From: Macrostomum lignano
Taxonomy: Eukaryota
DNA: 64,000 bases
Reading direction: 5' to 3'
NCBI GenBank assembly: GCA_002269645.1
Contig: NIVC01003564.1
Location: 1-64,000 of the forward strand
Each line of letters begins with the position of its first letter. Position 1 is the stretch's first letter. Of this stretch, positions 1 to 13,131 are shown in pieces. The position numbers and the translations under genes were made by a program. A model generated the notes under the pieces. It had not been told where the DNA came from. It searched no databases and saw nothing but the letters and a program-made list of their open reading frames with translations.

Positions 1-13
1 AATGGGAACTGAC

Positions 14-3000
14 TCGGTGGGATTTAGCAGGCGGAGCACCTGCCGCTGGTCGAATCTCTGTGCGAGTTGCGCACAGGTGAGGCCGTGATTGTCTCGATGA
101 TTGGCATCGGCTCCTGCATCCATCAGAGTCTTGGCTGCTCGCACGTGACCGGCTTGGCAGGCTCGTGAGAGAGCAGTGCGACCGTGGTTGTCTTGAGCGT
201 GGATGGAGGCGCCGAGTAGTATGAGTTTGTGAATGATTTCGTGATGACCAGCATGAGCAGCGAGGATGAGAGCGGTGGCTCGGGTGTTTTCCTCTGTTAG
301 ATCGATATGGACGGTAGATCGACGTGGTGTGCTGAATAGGTGATGATTGAGGAGTGTGGCGGCAAGAGCGACGTGTGATTGAGAGATGGAGAGACGGAGG
401 AGGTGTGTGATTTGAGGTGGTGTCATTTGAGAGAGGGCGGTGTTGAGAAGAGAGTTCCGGTTTTGGATAGCCATGCTAGCAGTGAAGTTGAGGATGGTGT
501 TGTATTGGAAGAGCCATTGAGGCTTTAGGCCGAAGTAGGCAACGACAGATTCATCAAGACGAGAGCAGGCATTGAGTACGCATTGGAAGCGGAGATTTGC
601 TCTCTGATGGGGAGTAGAGAGACACGAGATAAGGAACTGAACAATGTGAATATGACCATCGTCTGCAGCTTTTTCGGCAACTTTGATGCAGCAGTTGTTT
701 TTTTTGATTGGTCATTGATTAGTGGTACGAGGAACTTGACGATGTGAAAGTGACCATACTCTGCAGCCTCTTCGGTAGCCTTGATGCAGCAGGCGTCTTT
801 TTTGATTGGTCATTGATTAGTGGTACGAGGAACTCGACGGCTTTAAAGTGACCATCGTAAGCAGCCGTTTCGGCAGGCCAGATGAAGCAGTCGTCTTTTT
901 TTGATTGGTCATTGATCAGTGGTACGAGGAACTCGACGATTTGAAAGTGACGATTTCTTGCAGCAATTTCGGCCGCTTTGATGCAGCAGGCGTCTTTATT
1001 TGATTGGTCATTGATTAGTGGTACGAGGAACTCGACGGCTTTAAAGTGACCTCGGAATGCAGCCTTTTCGGCAGCGTAGATGCAGCAGGCGTCTTTTTTT
1101 GATTGGTCATTGATTAGTGGTACGAGGAACTCGACGATTTGAAAGTGACATCGGAATGCAGCCTCTTCGGCAGCTTTGATGCAGCAGGCGTCTTTATTTG
1201 ATTGGTCATTGATTAGTGGTACGAGGAACTCGACGATTTTAAAGTGACCATATTTTGCAGCCTCTTCGGTAGCCTTGATGCAGAAGGCGTCTTTTTTTGA
1301 TTGGTCATTGATTAGTGGTACGAGGAACTCGACGGCTTTAAAGTGACCATTCATTGCAGCCTTTTCGGCAGCTTTGATGCAGCAGGCGTCTTTATTTGAT
1401 TGTTCATTGATTAGTGGTATGAGGAACTCGACGATTTGAAAGTGACCATATTCTGCAGCCTCTTCGGTAGCCTTGATGCAGAAGGCGTCTTTTTTTGATT
1501 GGTCATTGATTAGTGGTACGAGGAACTCGACGGCTTTTAAGTGACCATATTTTGCAGCCTTTTCGGCAGCGTAGATGCAGCAGGCGTCTTTTTTTGATTG
1601 GTCATTGATTAGTGGTACGAGGAACTCGACGATTTGAAAGTGACCTCGGAATGCAGCCTTTTCGGCAGCTTTGATGCAGAAGGCGTCTTTTTTTGATTGG
1701 TCATTGATTAGTGGTACGAGGAACTCGACGATTTGAAAGTGACCTCGGAATGCAGCCTTTTCGGCAGCTTTGATGCAGCAGCCGTCTTTTTTTGATTGGT
1801 CATTGATTAGTGGTACGAGGAACTTGACGATGTGAAAGTGACCATATTCTGCAGCCTCTTCGGTAGCCTTGATGCAGAAGGCGTCTTTTTTTGATTGGTC
1901 ATTGATTAGTGGTACGAGGAACTCGACGGCTTTAAAGTGACCATCGTAAGCAGCCTTTTCGGCAGCGTAGATGCAGCAGGCTTCTTTTTTTGATTGGTCA
2001 TTGATTAGTGGTACGAGGAACTCGACGATTTGAAAGTGACCATTCATTGCAGCAATTTCGGCAGCGTAGATGCAGCAGGCGTCTTTATTTGATTGGTCAT
2101 TGATTAGTGGTACGAGGAACTCGACGATTTGAAAGTGACCACTGATTGCAGCTTTTTGGGCAGCCTTGATGCAGCAGGCGTCTTTATTTGATTGGTCATT
2201 GATTAGTGGTACGAGGAACTCGACGATTTGAAAGTGACCACTGATTGCAGCTTTTTGGGCAGCCTTGATGCAGCAGGCGTCTTTATTTGATTGGTCATTG
2301 ATTAGTGGTACGAGGAACTCGACGGCTTTAAAGTGACCATCGTAAGCAGCCATTTCGGCAGCGTAGATGCAGCAGGCTTCTTTTTTTGATTGGTCATTGA
2401 TTAGTGGTACGAAGAACTCGACGATTTGAAAGTGACCATTCATCGCAGCATTTTCGGCAGCCTTGATGCAGCAGGCGTCTTTATTTGATTGGTCATTGAT
2501 TAGTGGTACGAGGAACTCGACGGCTTTAAAGTGACCATCGTAAGCAGCCTTTTCGGCAGCGTAGATGCAGCAGGCTTCTTTTTTTGATTGGTCATTGATT
2601 AGTGGTACGAGGAACTCGACGATTTGAAAGTGACCATTCATTGCAGCCTTTTCGGCAGCCTTGATGCAGCAGGCGTCTTTATTTGATTGGTCATTGATTA
2701 GTGGTACGAGGAACTCGACGATTAGAAAGTGACCATTTAGCAGCAATTTCGGCGCCTTGATGTAGCAGGCTCTTTTTTTGATTGGTCATTGATTAGTGGT
2801 ACGAGGAACTCGACGATTTGAAAGTGACCATTCATTGCAGCATTTTCGGCCGCTTTGATGCAGCAGGCGTCTTTATTTGATTGGTCATTGATTAGTGGTA
2901 CGAGGAACTCGACGATTAGAAAGTGACCACGGATTGCAGCAATTTCGGCCGCCTTGATGTAGCAGGCGTCTTTTTTTGATTGGTCATTGATTAGCGGTAC

Positions 3001-3252
3001 GAGGAACTCGACGATTAGAAAGTGACCACGGATTGCAGCAATTTCGGCAGCTTTGATGCAGCAGGCGTCTTTATTTGATTGGCCATTGATTACTGGTACG
3101 AGGAACTGGACATCTTGAAGGCGATCATTTGATGCAGCAGTTAGAGTAGCTTGGACGATCTCGCGCAAGGTGCCATTGGTTGCAGCACGTCGAGCAGTTG
3201 GCGTGATGTTGTCGGTGGTGAGGGGCTGATGGCGGCTTGGATTCTGGGCCAT
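14..3252 (-). pseudogene. ANK-repeat-cGLR gene copy A, exon 1 (25 PLIND-type 33-aa repeats plus canonical ANK C-terminal part); gene continues off the left edge; several small frameshifts
   Basis: ATG at 3252 (MAQNPSRHQ). ORFs 2737..3252 and 719..2746 are joined by 1-, 1- and 2-nt deletions at ~2770/2755/2740, with further 1-nt losses at ~800 and ~700. 14..700 is open by manual translation (...RFQCVLNACSRL...RATALILAAHAGHHEIIHKLILLGAS...RTALSRACQAGHVRAAK...LRLLNPTE). It ends at the same GA|GTCAGT donor (13) as copies B-D. The lesions could be assembly errors. Confidence 0.75.
700..3100 (-). repeat. Coding 99-bp (33-aa) ankyrin-like tandem array, copy A (25 motifs)
   Basis: PLIND anchor spacing 711 to 3082 = 2371 nt + 5 deleted nt = 24 x 99. 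Confidence 0.9.
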
Positions 3253-3261
3253 AGTTCTGTT

Positions 3262-3600
3262 AAGGGAAGCAAGGAAGAGGTTAACAAGGTTAACAAGGTT
3301 AACAAGGAGGGAAGGAAAGAGGGAAAAGGAGGGAGGGAGGGAGGAGGAGGGAGGGAGAAGGAGGGAGGGAAAGGAGAAAGGGAAAAGGAGGGGAAGGAGA
3401 AAGGAAGGGGAAGGAGAGAGGAAAAGGAAAGAGGGAAGAAGGAGGGAGAGAGGGAGTAGAAGGGGAGGGAGGGAGAAGGAGGGGAGGGAGTGAGAAGGAG
3501 GGGAGGGAGGAAGGAGGAGACGGAGGGGAGGGAGGGAGAGAGGAGGGAGGGAGATGAGAAGGAGGGGAGGGAGGGAGAGAGGAGGGAGTGTTTTTTAAAG
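3262..3600. repeat. GA-rich low-complexity tract upstream of copy A (pyrimidine tract on the coding strand); similar tracts at ~36100-36345 and ~50810-50960
   Basis: Almost pure G/A on the + strand. Confidence 0.85.
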
Positions 3601-4221
3601 AGAGGAAGAAAAGGAGAGCGAATGAGAGAGCAAGGGGGCTGCTTTGTGGCTGTAAAAATTTTTATAAGGAATTTTAAAAATCTTCATGAGTCCTACCTAT
3701 GATCCGTGGCTGCTGTCAGTGTGGCAGATGTCAGTCAAAGGTTTGCGCAGCCGGTTGCCAGAAAGACCCATTGTGCCTCAGTGCAGTGTGAGATCTTTAA
3801 ATGCATTTAACGGCCCACTGAGCGGTGTAAAATGCTGCTCAGTCCCGCAGTGCATCGGTTTGAGGAGGCTCTCTAATGTGCAAGAAGATGCATTGTTAAA
3901 TTTGCCCTGCTTTCTCTCTCACTCTGCCCACTGCCGCAGCTGCAGAGCATTGGCTGGCAACAGTGCTCTGGTTCTCTCCCGACTCTCCTATGCTTTCGCC
4001 TTTTTCCTCTCGTGCGCAGCTCAGGCAGTTGAGAATCTGCTGGGTTGAATTAGGCGAGTGCATTTAGCAGCAGTAATTGACATTCTTTTGCTTTTCTGCA
4101 GAAGCCTCTCATCACTGCCGCTCCTTCTGTTTTATTTTTTAGCAGGTGGCAACCGGCCCCTGTGGCGAGATTTGGCTTGCAAGCGCAGGCGGAAACTTGC
4201 AGTGACGATTGGATTAATGAA

Positions 4222-5655
4222 ACCATCCCTACAGTCACCATCCCTACAGTCACCATCCCTACAGTCACCATCCCTACAGTCACCATCCCTACAGTCACCC
4301 TCCCTACAGTCACCATCCCTACAGTCACCATCCCTACAATCACCATCCCTACAGTCACCATCCCTACAATCACAATCCCTACAGTCACCCTCCCTACAGT
4401 CACCATCCCTACAGTCACAATCCCTACAATCACAATCCCTACAGTCACCATCCCTACAGTCACAATCCCTACAATCACAATCCCTACAGTCACCCTCCCT
4501 ACAGTCACCATCCCTACAATCACAATCCCTACAGTCACCCTCCCTACAGTCACCATCCCTACAGTCACAATCCCTACAGTCACCCTCCCTACAGTCACCA
4601 TCCCTACAGTCACCATCCCTACAATCACAATCCCTACAGTCACCCTCCCTACAGTCACCATCCCTACAGTCACCATCCCTACAATCACAATCCCTACAGT
4701 CACCCTCCCTACAGTCACCATCCCTACAATCACAATCCCTACAGTCACCCTCCCTACAGTCACCATCCCTACAGTCACCATCCCTACAGTCACCATCCCT
4801 ACAGTCACAATCCCTACAGTCACCCTCCCTACAGTCACCATCCCTACAGTCACAATCCCTACAATCACAATCCCTACAGTCACCCTCCCTACAGTCACCA
4901 TCCCTACAATCACAATCCCTACAGTCACCCTCCCTACAGTCACCATCCCTACAGTCACAATCCCTACAGTCACCCTCCCTACAGTCACCATCCCTACAGT
5001 CACCATCCCTACAATCACAATCCCTACAGTCACCCTCCCTACAGTCACCATCCCTACAGTCACCATCCCTACAATCACAATCCCTACAGTCACCCTCCCT
5101 ACAGTCACCATCCCTACAATCATAATCCCTACAGTCACCCTCCCTACAGTCACCATCCCTACAGTCACCATCCCTACAATCACAATCCCTACAGTCACCC
5201 TCCCTACAGTCACCATCCCTACAATCACAATCCCTACAGTCACCCTCCCTACAGTCACCATCCCTACAATCACAATCCCTACAGTCACCCTCCCTACAGT
5301 CACCATCCCTACAGTCACCATCCCTACAGTCACCATCCCTACAGTCCCCATCTCTACAGTCACCATCCCTACAGTCACCATCCCTACAGTCACCATCCCT
5401 ACAGTCACCATCCCTACAGTCACCATCCCTACAGTCACCATCCCTACAGTCACCATCCCTACAGTCACCATCCCTACAGTCACCATCCCTACAGTCACCA
5501 TCCCTACAGTCACCATCCCTACAGTCACTATCCCTACAGTCACCATCCCTACAGTCACCATCCCTACAGTCACCATCCCTACAATCACCATCCCTACAGT
5601 CACCCTCCCTACAGTCACCATCTCTACAGTCACCATCCCTACAGTCACCATCCCT
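4222..5655. repeat. 15-bp minisatellite (CCCTACAGTCACCAT), ~95 copies
   Basis: Direct reading; open in several frames on both strands. Confidence 0.97.
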
Positions 5656-6344
5656 GCAGCTCCAAAATCTTGTCCTGACCCTCCGCTGCAGCCACTGCAC
5701 CCGAAGAAGAGCTGCTCCTGGGGCAAAGTTGCAAAAGAAAAGCACCGAAAATGTTTTCGCAGTCTCTGACCTTCATCTGGAATGGCCCCACCCAGCTCAG
5801 TACGCGCAGCTGCAAAAAGAAAAGTGCTTGAGTTCGTAATCGCCCATACTGGCCTCTCCAACCACCCAAACCCCCCGTAACCCCTGTCTCAGACAATTAA
5901 CAAGTCCAACTAGTATGAAGCTCCATCCAGCTCACTACTCAAAACAGAGTAGGTTGCCCCTGGCAACCGCAAAGCCTGGACAGAGCTCGCCTCTAAACCG
6001 CAGGGAGGCTGGCAGAGCGGTGCGCTGGCCTGAGAATAGCGAGCGAGCAGAGATAATTGCTGCTTGAGTTTGAGCTGGCCTCTCTACCCACCCGCTCCCT
6101 ACGGCTCAAGACTGCCTTATTCTATCATAAATAAGCCATTGCTATCAACCATTGTTAGCAGGAATGCAAAATGCAGTGCATTGCTGCGGCCGAGAGCTGG
6201 ATAGAACAGAGATGGGCTGCCAGAGCTCGGCTGTACTTTAATGATAAACAACTGATGAAGCCCGAGACTGCAATTGAGAGGCTGGGCAGCTCAGCCGAAA
6301 CGTGTCTACCTCACGCGAAAATTTGCATGCACTGTGGTTCGAAA

Positions 6345-6600
6345 TTGGGGGAGATTCTGATGGGGCATTGGGAGAGGGGAGATTCTGATGGGGCATTCGG
6401 AGGGGGGAGATTCTGATGAGGCATTGGGGGAGATTCTGATGGGGCATTGGGGGAGATTCTGATGAGGCATTGGGGGAGATTCTGATGAGGCATTGGGGGA
6501 GATTCTGATGGGGCACTGGGGGAGATTCTGATGGGGCATTGGTGGGAGATTCTGATGTGGCATTGGTAGGAGATTCTGATGGGGCACTGGGGGGAGGGGA
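6345..6600. repeat. ~22-bp minisatellite (GGGGAGATTCTGATGGGGCATT), related to 62430..63000
   Basis: Direct reading. Confidence 0.9.
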
Positions 6601-6712
6601 GATTTTAAAGTGGAATTGGGGAGAACTCCAGTTTTGACACTAAATCTCATGAAAACAAAAAAGAAACTACTTATTATAAGTAGTATAAAGCAGCAACAAA
6701 TACTCAGCTGAC

Positions 6713-7085
6713 CTTTTCTCCCCCTTGCTGCAGCTGCTTGCTTCTGCTCCTAGTCGTCATAACAGTTGACGCAGATTTTCCACCGCTGTTCTTTTGCGCA
6801 GAAGCAGCGGTGGACGGAGTTTTCTTTTTCTTTTTCTTACTACTGACGCTAGTAGTAGATGCGGTGGTAGAATTGAACGACTTATCGGCTGGGGCCCTGG
6901 CCGAGCTGAATATGAGAGGCGGGGAGGCCCTGGTCAGCTTGAGCAGATCGTGAGGCCATTCGATTTCCCTGTTGCCATCACTGGCCAGAACCGGGTAGGG
7001 CTTCTGGCGATCCTCAATGCGCTACTGCAGCTGCAGGAGGCGGCTGCTGCTGATGGCGCTGCTGTCCTGGGCTGCTGCCGGGCCT
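6713..7085 (-). pseudogene. Orphan diverged copy of the GPATCH8-like exon (63084..63440)
   Basis: Clear nucleotide homology to 63084..63440, including the donor and downstream intron. In-frame TAG at 7022-7024; no neighbouring exons. Confidence 0.8.
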
Positions 7086-7094
7086 CACTTAGAT

Positions 7095-7321
7095 TCCATA
7101 GATACCCCTAGATTAGCCATAGATACCCCTAGATTACCCATAGATACCCCTAGATTACCCATAGATACCCTAGATTAGCCATAGATACCCCTAGATTACC
7201 CATAGATACCCCTAGATTACCCATAGATACCCCTAGATTACCCATAGATACCCCTAGATTACCCATAGAGATCCCCTAGATTACCCATAGATACCCCTAG
7301 ATTATCCATAAATACCCCTAG
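7095..7321. repeat. 21-bp minisatellite (CCATAGATACCCCTAGATTAC)
   Basis: Direct reading. Confidence 0.92.
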
Positions 7322-7582
7322 GTCACTCATCGATAAAAACGCAAGTAGCCAGCCAGAATTCAAATCTGTCAGCCCCGCCCCCATGCCCAGCAGTCTTTTG
7401 CACGACTTTTAGAAAAGCTAAAAGCAAAACTTGGCATCTGGTTTAGTTTAAATTAACAGGGTTGGGAAGTTACTTTGGCAAAACCGTGAAACCGGACCGG
7501 AGAGATTTCTACTGCAGTTTCTGGCAGACCGATTTTTGTGCTGGCACCAAAGGTGCATCTTTGGAAAGATTACTGTCACCAC

Positions 7583-8221
7583 AATAGGAGTCCATGTTTA
7601 ATAGGAGTCCATGTTTAATAGGAGTCCATGTTTAATAGGAGTCCATGTTTTATAGGAGTCCATGTTTAATAGGAGTCAATGTTTAATAGGAGTCCATGTT
7701 TAATAGGAGTCCATGTTTAATAGGAGTCCCTGTTTAATAGGAGTCCATGTTTAATAGGAGTCCATGTTTAATAGGAGTCCATGTTTAATAGGAGTCCATG
7801 TTTAATAGGAGTCCCTGTTTAATAGGAGTCCATGTTTAATAGGAGTCCCTGTTTAATAGGAGTCCATGTTTTATAGGAGTCCATGTTTAATAGGAGTCAA
7901 TGTTTAATAGGAGTCCATGTTTAATAGGAGTCCATGTTTAATAGGAGTCCCTGTTTAATAGGAGTCCATGTTTAATAGGAGTCCCTGTTTAATAGGAGTC
8001 CATGTTTAATAGGAGTCCCTGTTTAATAGAAGTCCCTGTTTAATAGGAGTCCCTGTTTAATAGGAGTCCATGTTTAATAGGAGTCCATGTTTAATAGGAG
8101 TCCATGTTTAATAGGAGTCCGTGTTTAATAGGAGTCCATGTTTAATAGGAGTCCATGTTTAATAGGAGTCCATGTTTAATAGGAGTCCATGTTTAATAGG
8201 AGTCCATGTTTAATAGGAGTC
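7583..8221. repeat. 17-bp minisatellite (AATAGGAGTCCATGTTT), ~37 copies
   Basis: Direct reading; paralogous array at 20120..21205. Confidence 0.97.
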
Positions 8222-8907
8222 CCCGATGATGGCATTAGCACAGTCCCCGAATAACTGTACTGATTGCTGTACTAAAGCAGCGGTGACACCAAATGCAACT
8301 TTCTCAGGCTCAATCTGTATCAAGGAGATCTAGAAATTGAAGGCACCGACAGCCGGTGAATTTACCAGTTGCTATCGCGAGGAAAGCTGCGGCACCCCCA
8401 GACTGGGGCTGTTTTCATTTCAAACTGCCAACTCACCTGTTTGTGCAACGAGAGTGCGAACGCTATTTACAACCATGGACCATTCTTTAAGGCACTTGTC
8501 CGGAAATCGTCAAAGGTGGCCACTAGCATATAACTGCAATAAATGCGTGATTGACAGATCAGAAGGACCAGATAAGTTCACATCTAATGAGTATCTCCGA
8601 CTATTCAGTGCTTACAAATATGTTGAATATTTTCTCACTTCTGTGCAGTGCTCATTTCTGTTCAAAGTAATTCGCATTTGTTCAATTGGCCGAATCTGTG
8701 GGTTCTCAAATGAAGCTGGAGTTGCTGAGGCTCCCAACAAAATGGGATCCATGGTTTTCAGGGACTGCACTTTTCCACACCAGTGTTTCGAATCCGTCAC
8801 AGTGAAGAGAGCTCAGAATTCTGAATGAGTTGAGCACTCAAAGGATTTCGGTTGGTTTATATCTGAGCAGATGCAGGCAGCTGACAGAACGCACGTATTT
8901 TCCAGAC

Positions 8908-9954
8908 ATGAGTCAGTGGCGCCAATACAGATGAGTCAGTGGCGCCAATACAGATGAGTCAGTAGCGCCAATACAAATGAGTCAGTGGCGCCAATACAGA
9001 TGAGTCAGTGGTGCCAATACAAATGAGTCAGTGGCGCCAATACAGATGAGTCAGTGGCGCCAATACAGATGAGTCAGTGCGCCAATACAGATGAGTCAGT
9101 GGCGCCAATACAGATGAGTCAGTGGCGCCAATACAGATGAGTCAGTGGCGCCAATACAAATGAGTCAGTGGCGCCAATACAGATGAGTCAGTGGCGCCAA
9201 TACAGATGAGTCAGTGGCGCCAATACAGATGAGTCAGTGGCGCCAATACAAATGAGTCAGTGGCGCCAATACAGATGAGTCAGTGGCGCCAATACAGATG
9301 AGTCGGTGGCGCCAATACAAATGAGTCAGTGGCACCAATACAGATGAGTCAGTGGCGCCAATACAGATGAGTCAGTGGCGCCAATACAGATGAGTCAGTG
9401 GCGCCAATACAAATGAGTCAGTGGCGCCAATACAGATGAGTCAGTGGCGCCAATACAAATGAGTCAGTGGCGCCAATACAAATGAGTCAGTGGCGCCAAT
9501 ACAGATGAGTCAGTGGCGCCAATACAAATGAGTCAGTGGCGCCAATACAAATGAGTCAGTGGCGCCAATACAAATGAGTCAGTGGCGCCAATACAGATGA
9601 GTCAGTGGCGCCAATACAGATGAGTCAGTGGCGCCAATACAGATGAGTCAGTGGCGCCAATACAAATGAGTCAGTGGCGCCAATACAGGTGAGTCAGTGG
9701 CGCCAATACAGATGAGTCAGTGGCGCCAATACAGATGAGTCAGTGGCGCCAATACAGATGAGTCAGTGGCGCCAATACAGATGAGTCAGTGGCGCCAATA
9801 CAAATGAGTCAGTGGCGCCAATACAGATGAGTCAGTGGCGCCAATACAGATGAGTCAGTGGCGCCAATACAGATGAGTCAGTGGCGCCAATACAGATGAG
9901 TCAGTGGCGCCAATACAAATGAGTCAGTGGCGCCAATACAGATGAGTCAGTGGC
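8908..9954. repeat. 23-bp minisatellite (ATGAGTCAGTGGCGCCAATACAG), ~45 copies
   Basis: Direct reading; paralogous array at 21944..23198. Confidence 0.97.
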
Positions 9955-10290
9955 GGTCCTGCAGTCCGAGCTCCTCTGCCGGCCGTCAGATGGTGGGCAG
10001 GTTGATTAAAATTACGGATCTTGCAGGTAAAACCCTCTAGAAGTCTAATTTTTTATCTCTTAATAAAGTAAATTAAGTAAGCTAAGAATTAAATTATTAA
10101 AATTTGTTTCGTATGTCCAAAACATCAAAAAAATGTGTTTAGACTTGTGGTACTAAGAGCGACATAATTATTCAAAATATTCATGCACGAATTTATTGAT
10201 TTTTTACCGATATGAAAAAATAGATTTATTTAGATAGATGAACAGATAGATAGCACTAGATAAAATAACGGAATTGTAGCTGATACTAAT

Positions 10291-10670
10291 CAGGCTGTCA
10301 GTCAGTGATTGTTCATGAGGGAGCTGTCAGGCTGTCAGTCACTGAATGCTCATGAGGGAGCTGTCAGGCTGTCAGTCAGTGATTGTTCATGAGGGAGCTG
10401 TCAGGCTGTCAGTCACTGAATGTTCATGAGGGAGCTGTCAGGCTGTCAGTCACTGAATGCTCATGAGGGAGCTGTCAGGCTGTCAGTCACTGAATGCTCA
10501 TGAGGGAGCTGTCAGGCTGTCAGTCACTGAATGTTCATGAGGGAGCTGTCAGGCTGTCAGTCACTGAATGCTCATGAGGGAGCTGTCAGGCTGTCAGTCA
10601 CTGAATGCTCATGAGGGAGCTGTCAGGCTGTCAGTCACTGAATGCTCATGAGGGAGCTGTCAGGCTGTCA
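10291..10670. repeat. 37-bp minisatellite (CATGAGGGAGCTGTCAGGCTGTCAGTCACTGAATGCT), ~10 copies, 3' of copy B
   Basis: Direct reading; same position 3' of copies C and D. Confidence 0.95.
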
Positions 10671-11002
10671 AAAGTACATATTAAATATCTATATATCTAT
10701 TCTAAAAAGCATTGGCAATTGGGTATTGAAGTCCGCAGAACAAAATCGCAGACAAAAGCCCGCATCAAAGCAGACACGCAGTTTGAACAGAAAAAGCAAT
10801 TCAGCATGCAGTGTGAATTGAATTGCAGCAGAAAAGTACAAAACTGCAGTTCATAGCATGGGGGGGGCTGCTCGCACTCGATGGCTACAGACAAATCTAC
10901 AGAATCTACAGACAATTTACAGCAAAGCGGTAAAAGTACACAGTTATTGTCTCAAATTCCAGTCCAGCAAAACTTGAAAATCTGAGCAACGAAGTCTTCA
11001 GG

Positions 11003-12475
11003 TCACTGCAGTCTCATCCGACTGAGCTTGGCGTGAATCCAGCTGTCGCTCTGCTCCGCTGCAGTTTCCATGGCAACCAGGCGCCCCAAGTCGGCCCCGT
11101 CTCGCCGCAGCCTCGCCCTCGCCCACAGCCTCCGCTCCTCATCTTCCCTGCTGCGGTGAGCGCCGCTGTTGCTGCCGCTGCGGCTCGAAACTCGCCACCG
11201 CTTCTGCCTGACCCAGCCGATCTTCTCCTCGTCCTGCGTCTCCATGGCGACGCGTCTCTCTTTCTCGATCATCTCCATCTGCTGCAGGCTGAGCTCCACG
11301 TGCTCGCGGCAGTCGCTGTAGTGAGCCAGAGTGAGCAGCTCCTCCAAGTCCGGGTCTCCAAGCAGCTGTTCAATCCAATGATCGAATGCGATTGCAGGTG
11401 CGCGATTGCGGAGCAGCTCAGCTTGGAGACTCCAGCTCAGGCAGCGGAAGTTCACGTACAGGTGGGAGGAGAGAGGCTGCGACAGGCAATTCGGTTGCGC
11501 TATATTCCGACCCTTGAAAATCCTGTGGCGTCAACCCTGACACAACCTGATGTCTCTGCAACTCCATCGCGAGTCTCGCAGCCTTCTCAGATTCTCCGAA
11601 CTTCAAATGTGCCATGGCGGTCATGCACAGGACGGCGCACTTGCACCACTGCAGCTCATGGAGGAGACTGATCTGCCTCAATAGAATATCTCTGTCGCTC
11701 GATTCCGACTGCAGCTCGCTCACACACTGGTGCACAACACTGTACACGTCTGCGAAAGTTGAATAACTTATTTTCCCGATCTCCGTGACAGCAGGTGGCG
11801 CTGTCAGAGGCAGCAGAGTGAACGGGTGAAAGTAGAACTTCTCTGACTGCAGAGGTCTCATGAGTCTCCTTAGCTGCTCGACCACTCCGCCGATGTCGCT
11901 TCTCAACTCATGAAGTCGGTCTCGAACCCTCGCCTTTGTGTTGTCGAAGTCGCCGCCGATTCCAGCGTTCTTGAAGTAAAGCGGAGCGTCGGGCATGAAG
12001 AAGTGCGGCATGCACTCATCCGGCGAGCTGCTCGAGTCGATGAAGCTCAGCATCATGTGGAGAGACTCCTTGAGCCGAGCGATCAGATTGTGGGGCTGCC
12101 AAGCCTCACTTGAAGGATCTGTGCCATGCCTCTCCAGCATGAAAAATAGCAGAGTCTTTGCATGGTAGGTCTTGAGTCCAGGTGTGTCCAGAGTGAGCGG
12201 CAAGTGTCTCTTGAAGATGAACTTGATGAGTGTGAACAGCTGGCCCTGGACTGTGCTCAGCTGACTCATGATCCGTTTCTCTTGGAAGCTGAAGCTCACT
12301 CTGAGCTCGTTGGTCGAGCTCGGTCTGGTCGCCCGAACGAGGTGAACATTTCCACTGATAGTAAGCAGTTTTCTAATTCTGTCTACGCCGAAACTGCTGC
12401 AGCACGGGATCGCATGGCACGTGTCCTGTGCAGGCCGCACACCGCATGGCGTGGCTGTCACAGCAGGTTGGCTGC
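11003..12475 (-). pseudogene. Exon 4 of copy B: Mab-21 C-terminal lobe plus helical tail (frameshifted by deletion)
   Basis: ORFs 11418..12602 and 11003..11455; CTCTACAG acceptor at 12476. Confidence 0.8.
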
Positions 12476-13131
12476 CTGTAGAGCGCAGTGAGCGGAGAGT
12501 GGCATTGCAGCGAGTGAACAAGATGGATTGGTTTGCAACTGCTTGAATGTGTTGGTTGAGTTCGTGTGTCAGTGCTACTACTGCAATCAGTGAATGAAGC
12601 AAAGTATTCGTTAAAATGCATGCAGGCGCACCGCTAAGGAGTTGATGATGGGCGGAGAAAGAGAAAAATTATATTTTATATTTTCTAACATAAACATAGG
12701 TGAAAAGGTTGGGGGGTTGGCGGAGATATATATTGAGTACATTGTGCGTACAGTGAAAATAGAGAAAATAACCTATGGATGAAATAGGCGGCTAGCCTAG
12801 GCAAACTCATTTTTTCGACACAAGTCATTGCTTAACCTTAAGAAGTCGGGAAGGTCGTTTTCGACCACTTACAACTCCCCAGCGCAGTCGGTTCAAAATA
12901 TCTGTGGCCAGCGCACAAATTCTCTACCCACCGTTCCAGTTGGCTATGGGTCGAACTCGACCAAAAATAGAAGTAAAGCAACAAACTTTGCAAAAATGGC
13001 TCGTATTAACAGTAACAACAATAACAAACAATCAAACATAGCGGGAAAGTTTCATTCAAATTTCAAAATCATTCAAAGCTTTCTAGCACCTTAGAAGATG
13101 ATAATGGTAGATTGCGTAGTAGGTATATATA

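Noticed and set aside
4050-5861. Long ORFs in several frames (VTVGM, RDGDC, PSLQS, PTVTI repeats)
   Set aside because: A 15-bp minisatellite lacking stops on both strands; no unique coding context. The same applies to ORFs over 18087-18546, 18997-20183, 41934-42868, 43008-44249, 55274-55750 and 57921-58196.
8337-8828. ORF shared between units (paralog 21505..21864)
   Set aside because: No recognisable domain. Lengths and frames differ between copies and the D-side homolog (~44760-44960) is partial, so it is treated as a non-coding dispersed module.
11033-11671. Conserved antisense ORFs (also 25483..26028 and 46789..47334, + strand)
   Set aside because: Shadows of the conserved minus-strand coding tail; their conservation follows from near-identical DNA.
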